A stretch of 64,000 bases of DNA from Scenedesmus sp. PABB004 (GCA_014905635.1 JABVCE010000021.1:124001-188000), one strand, 5' to 3'; positions 37,601 through 50,024 are shown, counted from the first letter of the stretch. Translations and numbers: made by a program. The notes: a model not told the origin generated them from the sequence alone.

Positions 37601-39844
37601 TGACTGCACTGCTACCGTGGCTGCGGGCTGCCCAGGTGCGCGCGCGCCTGGCTGCGTATCTGACGCCGCCTCGCCCGCTGCGTGGCCACCTGACAGGCGG
37701 CGGCGCGCCGGACAACTGGCAGAATTGGGGCGGCCCTGTTGACAAGAAGGTCTGGCAGTGGCAGCAGCCCGCCATCCCTCGCCCCGAGCGCCGCGAGAGC
37801 GACACCCGCCGCCTGCTGAGTGAGTGCCGCTGGCTGCGGGCACAGTGCTGGCGGCTGCCTGGGTGCGCGCGCGAGGCACGCGGTCTGACGCGCCCGCTGC
37901 CGCCGCCGTGCTGCCGCCTCCACGCTTGCAGGCGCCGATGCAAGCGGCCCCGCGTCGCACCAGTTTTCCACCGCCGTGCCTGCTGAGGTGGGCATGAAGC
38001 CGCGTGAGCCGCACCTGGACGACATGGAGCGCCTGTTTGCCGAGCACTTTGCGCCGGCTGAGGTGGCCGAGGACATGCCGCGCGGCCGCAACCTGCTTGG
38101 CTCCGGTGGCGGCCACGGCGGCGGCGGTGCCTCTGGCGGCAACGGCGGCAACGGTGGCCGGACCGGCCCTGCGTGGGTGCGGAGGCTGCTTGGTGCGTGC
38201 CGCTGGCTGCGCCCGCCGCCCGCCGAAGCCCGCTGCGCGCGCGCCTGGCTGTGTTGCTGACGCTGCCTCGCCCGCTGTGTGGCCTCCTGACAGGTGGCGG
38301 CGCGCCCGACAACTGGCAGAACTGGGGCGGCCCTGTTGACAAGAAGGTCTGGCAGTGGCAGCAGCCCGCCATCCCCCGCCCCGAGCGCCGCGAGAGCGAC
38401 ACCCGCCGCCTGCTGAGTGAGTGCCGCTGGCCGCTGGCACAGTGCTGGCGGCTGCCTGGGTGCGCGCGCGAGGCACGCGGTCTGACGCGCTCGCCGCCGT
38501 GCTGCCGCCTCCACGCTTGCAGGCGCCGATGCAAGCGGCCCCGCGTCGCACCAGTTTTCCACCGCCGTGCCTGCTGAGGTGGGCATGAAGCCGCGTGAGC
38601 CGCACCTGGACGACATGGAGCGCCTGTTTGCCGAGCACTTTGCGCCGGCTGAGGTGGCCGAGGACAAGCCGCGCGGTCGCAACCTGCTGGGTGAGTGGCC
38701 GGCTTGACTGCACTGCTACCGTGGCTGCGGGCTGCCCAGGTGCGCGCGCGCCTGGCTGCGTATCTGACGCCGCCTCGCCCGCTGCGTGGCCACCTGACAG
38801 GCGGCGGCGCGCCGGACAACTGGCAGAATTGGGGCGGCCCTGTTGACAAGAAGGTCTGGCAGTGGCAGCAGCCCGCCATCCCTCGCCCCGAGCGCCGCGA
38901 GAGCGACACCCGCCGCCTGCTGAGTGAGTGCCGCTGGCTGCGGGCACAGTGCTGGCGGCTGCCTGGGTGCGCGCGCGAGGCACGCGGTCTGACGCGCCCG
39001 CTGCCGCCGCCGTGCTGCCGCCTCCACGCTTGCAGGCGCCGATGCAAGCGGCCCCGCGTCGCACCAGTTTTCCACCGCCGTGCCTGCTGAGGTGGGCATG
39101 AAGCCGCGTGAGCCGCACCTGGACGACATGGAGCGCCTGTTTGCCGAGCACTTTGCGCCGGCTGAGGTGGCCGAGGACATGCCGCGCGGCCGCAACCTGC
39201 TTGGCTCCGGTGGCGGCCACGGCGGCGGCGGTGCCTCTGGCGGCAACGGCGGCAACGGTGGCCGGACCGGCCCTGCGTGGGTGCGGAGGCTGCTTGGTGC
39301 GTGCCGCTGGCTGCGCCCGCCGCCCGCCCAGCCCGGTGCGCGCGCGCCTGGCTGTGTTGCTGACGCTGCCTCGCCCGCTGCGTGGCCACCTGACAGGTGG
39401 CGGCGCGCCCGACAACTGGCAGAACTGGGGCGGCCCTGTCGACAAGAAGGTCTGGCAGTGGCAGCAGCCCGCCATCCCCCGCCCCGAGCGCCGCGAGAGC
39501 GACACCCGCCGCCTGCTGAGTGAGTGACCCGACCGACCCTAGGTGCGGTTGTCCGGCGCTGCGGCCTGCCGCGCAAAAAGCAGGCCGCAGCGTCGGCCGA
39601 GGCACCGCGCGCGCGCCCGCCGACGCCGGCCCCGCGCCCGCCCGGCCGCCTGGCCACAGGCACGGACGACAGCCGCCACGGCCCTGCCAGCTGGGGCTAC
39701 CGCATGCATGGCCAGGACAAAATCTATGAGCTTCTCAAGCAGCGCCCCAAGGGCGAGGCGCCCGTGGTGCCCGATGACGAGCGGTTCAACCGCCCGCCGC
39801 TGGAATACGTCGCCGGCGCCGGCGCCGAGCCGAGCGGGGAGTGA
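34636..39844 (+). CDS. Secreted repetitive prepro-polypeptide (~1050 aa, 20 exons) with R-x-L-L-delimited modules
   Basis: Exon 34636-34696 encodes signal peptide MRRLLAALLMVVAFAALVAA; exon 34778-34873; nine 123-nt exons starting 34972, 35483, 36080, 36593, 37190, 37697, 38294, 38801, 39397, alternating with 168-nt or 261-nt exons; last exon 39660-39844. All introns are GT-AG and phase 1, and the spliced frame has no stop. Confidence 0.85.
34905..39525. repeat. Higher-order tandem array (~510 + ~597 bp subunits, period ~1.1 kb, about 4 dimers plus one partial unit)
   Basis: Near-identical units recurring at 1104-1110 bp spacing, introns included. Confidence 0.97.
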
Positions 39845-40485
39845 CGCGGGGGAGTGGCGGCGCGCCCCGCCCGCGGCGGCCTCGCCGCGCGGCGGGCCCC
39901 GCCGGCGAGCACTTGACGCCCGCCCGTGGCGTTCTGGCGCGGGCGCGGCTGTAGCATTGACGGCGCGTCGCTGGCCAGCCGCATCGCCGACCGGCCCGCC
40001 GCCACGCGCACGTCGCGCGTGCTGCGTGTGCCGGGCTCCCTGGGCTGATGATGCGCACTGCCTGGCCAGCGGCTGCACAAGCCGCGCCGATTGACCGAGT
40101 GGGCCTCTGCCCCCGCGCCCCCTCCCCAAACCCGCGCCACGCATGTCCACGCGTCCCTGCCGGTGTCGTTGTTTGGTTTGGTTGATGCAGCGCATTGAAC
40201 GGCCATGGCAGCGTGCACATTTCATTCTGCAGCCCCGCCTGCTGCGACGCAGGCCCTCACGCCCCTCGCTCATGCCACGCGGTGCCTGCGCCGCAGCTCC
40301 GTTCCATCAGTTGTCTTGTACAGTAAAGCGCGCGCGCGCGGTGGCGCGGCCGCCGCCCGGCGCCGCCGGAGCGGCGGATTTTGACCGCCTCCCTCGTGGT
40401 CTGCATTAGATTTTGTTTCCCCGCGAGCGGCCCGGCTTGAAACAGTAAGCCCGCTGCACCGCCATGCCCGCGCCCGCGCGCGCGC

Positions 40486-40735
40486 TCACACGCCCTGGCG
40501 CAGCACCGCGCCCAGCGCCGCGGCCCTGCCGCCGCCGCCGCCGCCGCCGCCAGAGCCAGCGCCGGCCAGCTGCTGTTCGCCGCCCGCGGCCCCCCGTGCC
40601 GCCAGGAACGCAGCCACGTGCAGCGCGTCGCTGCGCGCCAGGATTGCATTGAAAGCGTACAGCTCGATGCGGCGCCGCTCGCGGTGAGCCGCGGCCGCCG
40701 GGTGCAGCGGCGCGCGGGGGCTGCCGCAGCCGCCC

Positions 40736-40766
<31 letters not shown>

Positions 40767-41166
40767 GCGGCGACGCCGCGCCGCAGGCCGGCGCCGGCGG
40801 CCAGGCCGGCCGCGGGCTCGGCAGCGCGCCGGCACGGCGCGGGCTGCGGCCGCCCCCGGCCGGCTGCTGCGGCGCGGTGGCCATGGGGCTGGCAGCCGCC
40901 GTGGCGGTGGGGCTGCCGGGGACGCGGCTCAGCGCGAGCCCCGCCCCAACCGCGCCAGCAGCGCCGGGGCTGGCCGCGCCGCCGGCTGCCGTCACGGGTG
41001 CGGCGGGGATGCGTGAAAGGGACCGCGTGGGGCCTTGGCGCACGCCTGGGCGTGCTGCCGTGGCGCAGCCGGCCGGCGGGGGCTGAGTCTTCGGCAGCGC
41101 CGCGCCGCTGTCGCCCGCCGGCGCCGCCTGCAGCGCCAGCCGGCCGCCTGCTCGAGTCGTGCGCAT
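40486..41166 (-). CDS. Hypothetical protein, low-complexity with one ordered-looking helix
   Basis: ATG at 41166; segment RERRRIELYAFNAILARSDALHVAAFLAAR; stop at 40486. Family not recognised. Confidence 0.4.
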
Positions 41167-41464
41167 GGCACGTCGCGTGAGCGGTCCTGGCCACCCGGGG
41201 ACGCTTGCTGACTGGGCTGCTCGGGCAGGGAACGCGGCGGCGCTGCGGCGGCGCCTGCCCTCGCTGCGCGGGCGCTCGGGCGGCAGCGCGGGCACGGGCT
41301 GCCGCATAGGCGTTGTCTGGTGTGGATACACGACGCGCCACGCCTGGCCGCACGCTGCGCGCGCCGAACCGCCGCCGTCCGCTGCCGCGCCGCTCTCACA
41401 CTCGCGGCGAACCACCTCTCCGCTCCATGTTGTTGAGTTTGCACCGGCCGAGACCGCCGATGGG

Positions 41465-42337
41465 TCAGTAACAGCACACCAGCGAGACCCACCACGCGTC
41501 GGCGACCCAGGCCTGGCCGTTCCAGCAGTTGGCGGTCGCGCCGCCGGTCATGTAGCTGCTCCCCGACCCGAACGTCCTGAAGCCCAGCAGCTTGCAGGCA
41601 GCTGACGTGTGGCGGCGGCGAGCGGCGCGGGCGCTCGTCGGTGAGCGCGCAGTGCAGCGTGCAGTCGACGGCGCACGCCGTCAACGCACCGTCGGCGGAA
41701 AGGTTGTACTCCTCCATGGAGCTGGGTCTCAGCAGCACCTTCTGCCTCTCCACCTGCGCGGCGAGCGCGGCGGCACCGGCGGCGTGGCGTGAGGACGACA
41801 GCCACGACCACCACCGGCGCACACGCCAGCAAGAGCACCGCCCAACCTTGGTGCAGTCCGGGCGAAATTCGTTGCAGATTACAGTTGTCACGTCGCGCTC
41901 CACCTGTTGCGTCGTGCACAGCCGGCCAGGGCGCATGGCGCTGTCGGCGAGGCGCCCGCACTGCTGCTGGCCGGGCGGCGGCGCAAACTGTGCCAGGCGT
42001 CGCCTGCGCGAGTGCAGAGGGTGCAGAGCAGCGAACGGCGGCGGCGAGTGAGTGCACAACGGCGGTGAGTGAGTGAGTGCGCTAAGGGCTGCGGGCCCGC
42101 CGCCGCCCTGCGTGAGTGAACGGCTGCGCTGGCGAGCTGGGCCTGCCCGCCATGCGACTGCTGCCTGCCCCGCGCGCGCGAGCGCCCCGAGCTGGGCGCG
42201 AGCCCGCCGTTCAGCTGGAAAAACGTCAAAGAGCTTTTGAAAGCAGCTCGTTGAGCAGCCACGCACGTGGTGCCGCTGGCCTCGACGCGGGATGCCGCGA
42301 GCGCAAAGCAGAGCACGAGCGGGATCGCGATCCTCAT
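41465..42337 (-). CDS. Small secreted Cys-rich protein, 142 aa, 4 exons
   Basis: Exons 42337-42267, 42003-41847, 41753-41690 and 41601-41465 join in frame over GT-AG introns: MRIAIPLVLCFALAASRVEASGTTRRLAQFAPPPGQQQCGRL...ACKLLGFRTFGSGSSYMTGGATANCWNGQAWVADAWWVSLVCCY*. Confidence 0.75.
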
Positions 42338-42540
42338 GGCGAGGTGCTGATAGAGGTGAATGGATCTGTTTTAATGGGCTCGGTCTGCGCGCGCGCGGTG
42401 GGTGTGCGGCGGCGACGGCGGCCAAGCGAAGGCAACGGCGCTGCTAACAGCATCGCGCAGCTCCACGCGACGCCGGCGGCGGCGGAGCGCGTTGGATCTG
42501 CCTCCACGTTGCCTCACGGCGGCGCCGCCGTCGGCTGCGC

Positions 42541-45500
42541 TCACGCCCCGCTCCCACGCGCGCCGCCGCCCGCGCCTCCGCCGTCGCCGCCCGCGCCGTC
42601 GCCGTGCGCGGCCGCCGCGAGCGCGAGCGAGATGAGCGCCGCGCTGGGCGCCCAGCCCAGGCCACGGTAGGCTGCGCCGAGCTGGCGGTGCAGCGAGGCG
42701 CTGAAGCCCGCGCCCTGCGCCGCCACCTCGCACGCCGCGGTGTGCGCCGCCATGAACGTTGGCCCGGGCCGGCACCCCAGGCCCGCCAGGCCGAGCACCA
42801 GCTGCACCAGGTCCAGCGGCCGCAGCGCGCCCAGGTGCGCGGCGACGCGCGTCGCCGCAACCGCGACGCCGGGGCGCAACGCGCCGCGCAGCTCCTCCGC
42901 CGCGCCGCCCGGCAGGCGCGACAGCGCCCACAGGTACAGGCACAGCAGGCGCGCCGCCCGCGCAGCGCCCGGGCCCGGCGGCCCCGCGCGGCTGGCGGGC
43001 CGCTGCGCCGCCGCCCGCCACGCCTGCTGGCGGCGGCGCTGCTCGTCCACGCCGGCGGCGGCCGGCGCCGCGGCGCCGCGCTCCTCCGTGCGTTTGCAGC
43101 CGCCGCCCGCCTCCTGCGCGCCGTCGGCAGTCAGCGCGAGCACGTGCTGCGCCAGCGCCAGCACGAGCGCCGCCGGCGGGCGCGCGCGCAGGCGGTGCAC
43201 GGCGAGCAGCAGGACGACGCACTGCTGCAGCCCGAAGCGCGGCAGCGCCGCGCCCGCCGCCGCCAGCATGGCGGCCAGCCAGCGCGCCGGCGGGGTGAGG
43301 CTCATGCTGTGCGCCGCGGTGAGCAGGCTGGTGATGTCGGCGGGGCTCAGCGGCGCCGGCGGCGGCCCCGCGGCGGCAGCCACGCCGGCGCCGGCCGTCG
43401 CGGCGGCGGCGGCGGCGGTGGCTTGCAGGAAGGCCTGCTCCCAGCCCAGGGGTGGGCGGTACCCGGCGCGGCCAAACGCGACCGCCAGCAGCGCGAGGTC
43501 GGCCGGCGGGAGGGCGGGCAGCAGGCCCTGCGTGAAGCCGCACACGCCGCGCAGCGCGGCGCCCTTGGGCGTGAGCGCCAGCTCCGACAGCGCATACAGC
43601 AGCAGCGCGAGCTGCCCCGCGGTCGCGCAGCGCTCCGAGAGCTGCGCGGCGCGCAGCGCCTGCTCGGCCGCGCTCGGGCCGGCGCAGGTGCCGGGCAGGC
43701 GCAGCGCCGCCTCCTGCGCACGCAGCGCTGCGCGTGCCGCCTGCTGCTGCCGCCGCTCCAGCGCCAGCTGCTGCAGCACCACCTGGCACACGCGGGCGCA
43801 GGTGCCACGCCCCAGCTGCGTGTGCGCCGGCAGCTGCAGCCGCGCCAGGCCCAGCAGCAGCGACGCGTGCGCGCGCAGCGGCAGCGCCGGCTGCTCGCCG
43901 CCCGCCTGCTGGCCGTCGGGCGCCTCGGGCGCCTGCTGCAGCTGCTGCTGCAGCTGCTGCTGCGCCGCGGCCAGGTGTGCCTCGAATCGCGCCGCCACGG
44001 CGTCGCGCATCGGGTCCCTCAGGGCCGGCCGCGTCACGCGCAGGCGCACGAGTGCCCACACCACCGCCAGGCACTCCTGCGGGCGCGCGGCGGGGCGGCG
44101 TGGGTGAGGCCGCTGCGACCGGCGCCCCGCGGCAGCGAACGCGGCGGCGGCGCAGCGGCGGCGGCGGCGGCGGCGGCGCGGCACGCGTCTCCCGTCCCTG
44201 CGCCGCCGCTCACCCAGGGGCCCAGCCGCTCCTGCCAGCCCCAGAGCAGGCCCAGCAGCTGCTGCATCAGGCGCAGCGCCTCGCCCCTGCCGGCGTCGGG
44301 CGCGATGGCGCCGCTGCGGTACAGGCGCTGCAACGCCGTCAGCGCGCCGCACGCGAGGGCGGGGTCCATGCAGCCCTCGCACACCGCCACCGCCTGCGCC
44401 ACGTCCTGACAGCACGCCGCGTCGCGACTGAGGTGCGCCAGCACGAGCCGGCGCAGCTGCAGCGACAGCCCCGCCGCCGCGTCCTCGCCCGCCCGGCGCG
44501 CCGCCTCCTGCTCCTGCCCCGCGCCGCCGCCGGCCGCGACGCGGGCGCGCAGGCGGCGCACCTCGCCCGCCAGCCACTGCGCGCGCTGCAGGCGCGGCGC
44601 GGCGCCAGCGCCGGCGGCGGGCAGGTAGCCCCAGCCCGGCCCGCAGCCGGCGCCGGCCGGCGCCCCGCCCGAGGCCCGCGCCGGCGCCTCCTCCTCCACC
44701 TTGACCAGCGCCAGCAGCTCCTGGACGCGCAGGTCCGCGAGCAGGCCGGCGCCCGCGCCCGCGCGGGCCGGGCGCTGCGGCGCCACGGCCGGCTCGCCGG
44801 CGCCGGCCTCGCCGGCCTCACCGCCGCCAGGCGCCTCGCCGGCGCCGGGCGCGTCGCGCTGCTCGGCGCCGCGCGGGAGCGGGCTGGCGGCGTCCAGGAA
44901 GGGGAGGGGTGCCGCGCGCAGCGCGTCCAGCGCGGCGCCGCCCGCCGCCCGCCGCGCCGCAGCGCGCGGGCCCGCGGGCTGCTGCCCGGCCGCAGCCACG
45001 GCCGACAGCACGCCAGCGACAAACTCGTCGTCCCAGGCGCCGCCCGCTGCGGGCGGCGCGGCGGCCGCCGCGCCGCCCGCTGCGCTGCCGGCGGCCTGCG
45101 CCACCAGCGAGCTGACGCCCCAGTCGGCGCCGGCGCCGGCGCCGGCGCCGCCGCGGCCGCCTGCCGCCCCGTTGCCGAGCCCCAAGCTCCAGGGCCGCGG
45201 GGGGATGCTGGCAGGGTCGACGTACGTCTGCCCCGACACCGGGTCGACGGCGGGCGGCCGCCGCGGCGCCTGCTGCTGTGCCTGCTGCTGCGCCTGCTGC
45301 TGTGCCTGCTGCTGCTCCGGGGCTGCGATGGCGGCGCTGGCGGCGCCGGCCGCAGCACGCGCCGAGCTGGCCGGGGCCCCGCCCGCCGCCGGCCGCCGGC
45401 GGCGCCGCTGCTGCGGCGGCGCGCCCTTGCCGTCGCTGCTCGAGCCGCCGGCGCTGGTGCTGATGATCTGGGACGCGATCCAGCCCTCCAGGCCCTGCGC

Positions 45501-45992
45501 CGGCGCCCCAGGCTGCTGCGCCGCGGGCGGCGGCGACGCCACCGGGGCGGCGGTCGCGGCCGCCGCCGCCGTGCACGCGCGCCGCACGCGGCCGCGCTGC
45601 TGCAGCTGCTGCGGCTGTAGCTGCGCAGGCCACTTGGTGCTGGCCGGCGGCGCGCACGCGGCGGCGCAGCGGCAGCGCGCGTGGGCGCCGCCGCTCCGCT
45701 GCTGCTGCGGCGCGGCGCCGCGCGGCGGCGGTGGGCCGGCGGCCCAATCCTGGCCCCCCATGGGCGCGGGCCGGTGGAGGGCCCGAAGCGCGCCCAATGG
45801 GCGTCGCCGGGTCGCTAGCCTGCGGCGCGGGCGGGCGGCAGGCTCAGCGCCACGGGCGTGCCGCCCTGCTCGCCGCGCGTCGCCGCGTGGCCCGACCGCG
45901 TGCCAGTGGTCCAGGCGCTGGGACAGCGCCGGGGCCCTGCCAACGGCGCCAGTGCGCGCGGCAGCAGCAGGCGCGCCCGCCGCACCTCGCAT
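42541..45992 (-). CDS. OPR/TBC2-like helical-repeat organellar RNA-binding protein
   Basis: Repeats LPPADLALLAVAFGRAGYRPPLGWEQAFL, LSPADITSLLTAAHSMSLTPPARWLAAML, LRPLDLVQLVLGLAGLGCRPGPTFMAAH; intron near 44078-44214; start codon uncertain. Confidence 0.7.
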
Positions 45993-46260
45993 GGCCCGCG
46001 GCGAGCGCGGCGGACGGCGCGGCTGAACGAACATGCGGCGATAGACACAGAAGCTTCGCCCTGGCCTGCTGGCCAGCCGCGGCGGCAAGCGGCGGCGAGC
46101 GGCGGCGAGCGGCGCTGCCGGCGGCTGGCGGCGTCTCTGCCTCAAGCGGGAAGGGCGCGCGCAGCCGCAGAGGCGCAGCACGAGTCACAGGCAAACCGGG
46201 AGCGATGATCGCCCGGCGCGGCGGCGGCGCCGGCCCGGCCGAGCCCTGTGCCCTGCACGC

Positions 46261-48049
46261 TCACTCGCCCCGGTCGCCGCCGCCTTTGCTGCCGCCTTTT
46301 CTGCCGCCTTTGCTGCCGCCGCCGCCGCCGGCGCCGTCGGGGCGCGCGAGCGCGATGTTGAGCAGCAGGTTGGCGCACTCCACGCCGACGAGCGCGTTGG
46401 GGTGGATGAGGTCGACCAGGTGGCTCTGGGCCTCCGCAAACGGCGCCGCAAGCGCGGCGTAGTCCACGAGCGCCAGGCCCAGCCGCCGCGCCGCGGTCGC
46501 GGCGGCGGCGTTGAGCTGCGCCACGTGGTAGCGCCGCCCGAGGTAGGGCTTGGTCATCACCCCGCTGCCGGGCTCGTGGTGCGGCGGCATCGTCGTGTGC
46601 GTCGCCCACAGCCGCGTCTGGCGGCGCGCGCGTGCGCGCGGGCGTGGGCGCGGGCGTGGGCGGGGCGCGGGCGCGGCGTGGGCGCGGCGCGGCCCAGCGC
46701 GGCGGCGCGGCGCGCGGCTCCCCGCGCGCGACCACCTGCGGGAACGCGGCGCGCGCGTACGCGACGACGTCCGTAAAGTTGGCCAGCCAGCCGTCGAGCA
46801 CGGCGCGCGGGAGCTCGGGGCCGTCGAGCGCGCGCGGCTCGTGCATGTGCAGCCGCGCGACGTCCCAGAGCAGCGCCGACACGGACACGAGCGCCGGCGC
46901 CGCGCCGGCGCCGGCGTAATCGGCCCACATGCCCCGCGCCGCGTCGATGCGCTGCCTGTAGTTTTGCGCGCTGAAGCGGTGGAACGGCCCCACCGGGTGC
47001 ACGCCGGGGAAGTAGCTGCTCGCCAGCCGCAGCGGCGACGCGCTCTCGCACGTGTGGAAGGCGTACGCCGTGCGGTTCAGCGCGCTCGGGCCGCCGCCGC
47101 CGGTCGCGCCGTCGGCCGGGCTGCCCGCGAGCGGGCTGCCCGCGGCCGCGGCGGCGGCGGCGGCCGCCGCCACCTCGGCCGCCTCCGCGTCGGGCGTGGA
47201 CGGCATGCTCTGCGTGTGCTTGGTGCCGCCGATGTGGTCGCACACGTGCTGCACAATGAAGCGGTCCACCGAGTCGGACAGCAGCAGGATGCCCACCGGC
47301 GGCGGCGGCGACGACGGCGGCTGCTGCGGCGACTGCGCTGCGCCTGCGTCGCTGCCCCCCGCTGCCTCCTCCGCGGGGCTGCTGCCGCCGCCGCCGCTGC
47401 TGCCGCCGCCGCTGCCGGCGCGCCCGGCCGCGGCGTAGGCTGCGAGCCAGTTGGTGAGCTGGCAGTCGGGGTCGAGCACCTGCCACCGCGCGCCGGGCGG
47501 CGCCGAGGCCACCCACGTGCCCGGCAGCGAGCCGTAGGGGCAGCGGCCGGCGGCGCCGCCGCCGGGCTCGTCACCGTCGCCGCTGCTGCCCTCTATGCCG
47601 TCGCCGCCGCCGTCGTAGGGCGGGGCGTCGTCATATGACGCGTTGACGTCGGCCGCCCAGCTGCCGGCGCCGCGCAGCCGCACCGGCGCGTCGCCGCCGC
47701 CCGCGGCCGCGGCGCCCGCGCCCGCGCCGCCCGCGTCGCGCCCGCCCCTGCCGCTCGCGAGGTGGACCACGAGGCCCAGCACCAGCACGGCGTAGAGCAG
47801 CGCGATGGTGGCGCGCGAGCCGTTGAGCCAGCCGCAGAGCGGCTGCCGCTCCTCCAGGCACTTCAGCTGCTGCGACAGCTGCGCAAACGGCGACAGCGGC
47901 CACGCCGCCCCGCCGCCGGCCTGCAGGTGCGGCGCCGGCAGCAGGCGCTGCTGCTCCAGCGCCAGCTGCGCGTGCTGCTGCTGCACCGCCGCCGCTGGCG
48001 GCGCCGCACCGCCGCCGAGGCTGGCGGCGCTGCCGCCCGCGCTGCGCAT
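46261..48049 (-). CDS. Membrane-anchored SGNH/PC-esterase-like protein
   Basis: TM segment ATIALLYAVLVLGLVVHLA; C-x-x-G-x-x-PGTW...C segment; GDS-like LLSDSVDRF; C-terminal DxxH (DLIHP); one intron near 46619-46735. Confidence 0.65.
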
Positions 48050-48549
48050 GCGCTGCGCCGCTCGCTGCTGGCTGGCGATCTCGCGGCACTGGTCCTGCTG
48101 GTGAGGCCGCTGCTGGCGGCGCGGCGCATGCCGCAGCGCGCGCCGGGCTGGCGGCGCCCCCGGCCAGCCGCTGCCGCCGGGCCGCTGGCGCCGCTGGGGC
48201 GCCGCGGCCGCGGCGGCGCGCCTGTCAGCGGCGAGGGCGGTGGCCGAGCGTTCGGGCCGCGCGTAGTGCGCCCGGGATGGCGCGGGTGTGGGGCCTGCTG
48301 CTCGGCGAGCTGCTGCCCCGACTCCCGAAGCGGGCACGGCGGCAGCGAGGCGATGATCGGTGTTGTGACGGCCGTGTGGCTGTCCCGGGCAGCGCGGCGG
48401 CGGGATTGGTCAAGCGCCTGGGCAGAGCGGCGGAGCAGCGGCGGCGCAGCCAACCGCCGCGGTGCAGGGGCTCAGCGTTTTGCTCCAGGTCTTCGCCCCA
48501 CAGGCGCCGCCCGGCGCAGTGCACGTTCGACGCACGCGCAGAGCGCGTG

Positions 48550-49965
48550 ATGCGCGCCGCCGCCGCTGCCGCGTCGTCCGCGTTTGCCGCCGCCCGCCCG
48601 CCGCCGCCGCCGCCATCGCGCCTGCTGCTGCTCCTCCTCCTGCTCCTGCCCGCCCTGGCTCTGCTGGCCCACCGCCGGGCGACGGCGCCAGCAGCAGCAG
48701 CCCCCGCGCGCGGCCGAGCAGCGCCCGCGCCCGGCTGCGCCGCGCGCTGCTCCGCGCTCGGCCTGCCCATGGCGAACGACCAGCCGCCCTGCCTCGTGCG
48801 CCCGGTGGCGCTGCTCTTCGGGGACAGCCTCACCGAGCGCAGTCTCGACCCGGACGGCGGCTGGGGCGCGGCGCTGGCGCACAGGTACGCCCGCAAGCTC
48901 GACGTCGTCAACCGGGGCTTTGGCGGCTACAACAGCCGCTGGGGCCTCCACCTGCTGCGCGAGGTGCTCGACCAGGCAGCGGCGGGCGGGCAGCGCGTGG
49001 CGCTGATGACGATCTGGTGCGCGCCGGGGCGGCAGCGCCGCCCGGCCGCGGCCCACCGGCGTCCGCCCGCGCCGAGGCGCCGACCGCGGCGGCCGCGTCG
49101 CCCGCCGCCGCCGCCGCCCGCAGGTTTGGCGCCAACGACGCCGCGCTGCCGGGGCGCTCAGCGTGAGGCGCCGCGCACCCGCCTGCCGCCCCGCGCCGCG
49201 GCGCGCGCCGCGGGCTGACCCGCCGCCGCGCGCACCGCCGCGCTGCCTGCCGCAGCGAGCGCCAGCACGTGCCGGCCGACGAGTACGCCGCCAACCTGGC
49301 GGCCATGGTCGCCATGGCACGGCGCGCGGGCGTGCAGAGGATCCTGGTCATCACGCCGCCGCCGGTGGACGACGAGGCGCGCGTGCGCCACCAGCAACAG
49401 GCGCGGCGCCGCCGCGGCGCCACCGGCCGGCCGCCGCGCAACGCGCCCGCGGCTCGCCGACCGCCCGCCCGCCCGCGCCGCGCGCCCCGTGCTCCCTCCC
49501 CTTCCGCCGCCCGCGCAGCGCATGGGCATCACCACGCCCGTGCCGCCCGACCGCACGCTGGAGGCCAGCCGCGTGTACGCCGACGCCGCCGTGTCGGCGC
49601 TGTCGGCCGGCGCCGACGCGGTGCCCGTGCTCGACCTGCACACGGCGCTGCAGGTCGTGCCGGACTGGCGGGCCACGCTGCTCGACGACGGGCTGCACTT
49701 CACGCCCGCCGGCAGCCGCGCGGTGTGGGCGGCGCTGGCCGGCACGCTCGAGGCGCGCTGGCCGGAGCTGTCGCTGCCGCGCGTGCCCAACCACATGCCC
49801 TGGTGGGACGCGTGGGACACGGCCGCGCCCGACGCGTTCTGGGCGGCCACGCTGCCGGCGCTGCGCACCGCGGGCGCGGGCGCGCTGGTGGACTCCGGCG
49901 GCGGCGCGGCGGCGGGCGGGCAGGCGGGCGGGCAGGCGGGCGGGAAGGCGGGCGCGAGCGGGTGA
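48550..49965 (+). CDS. GDSL/SGNH esterase, IAH1-like
   Basis: LFGDSLTE, VVNRGFGGYNSRW, IW|FGANDA, QHVPADEYAANL, ITPPPVD, DDGLHFTPAG. Confidence 0.92.
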
Positions 49966-50024
49966 CCGGCGGCCGCGACTGCAACAGCCGTTCCCCAGGG
50001 CCGGCCCTGCCTCGACCGCCCGCC

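Noticed and set aside
34905..39525. CRISPR-like array or satellite
   Set aside because: Units are 0.5-0.6 kb with no unique spacers and have coding exon-intron structure.
34398..39605. 1735-aa and 1625-aa minus-strand ORFs
   Set aside because: Antisense shadows of the repeat; a stop-free unit of length 3n propagates. The plus strand carries the signal peptide, splice sites and synonymous variation.
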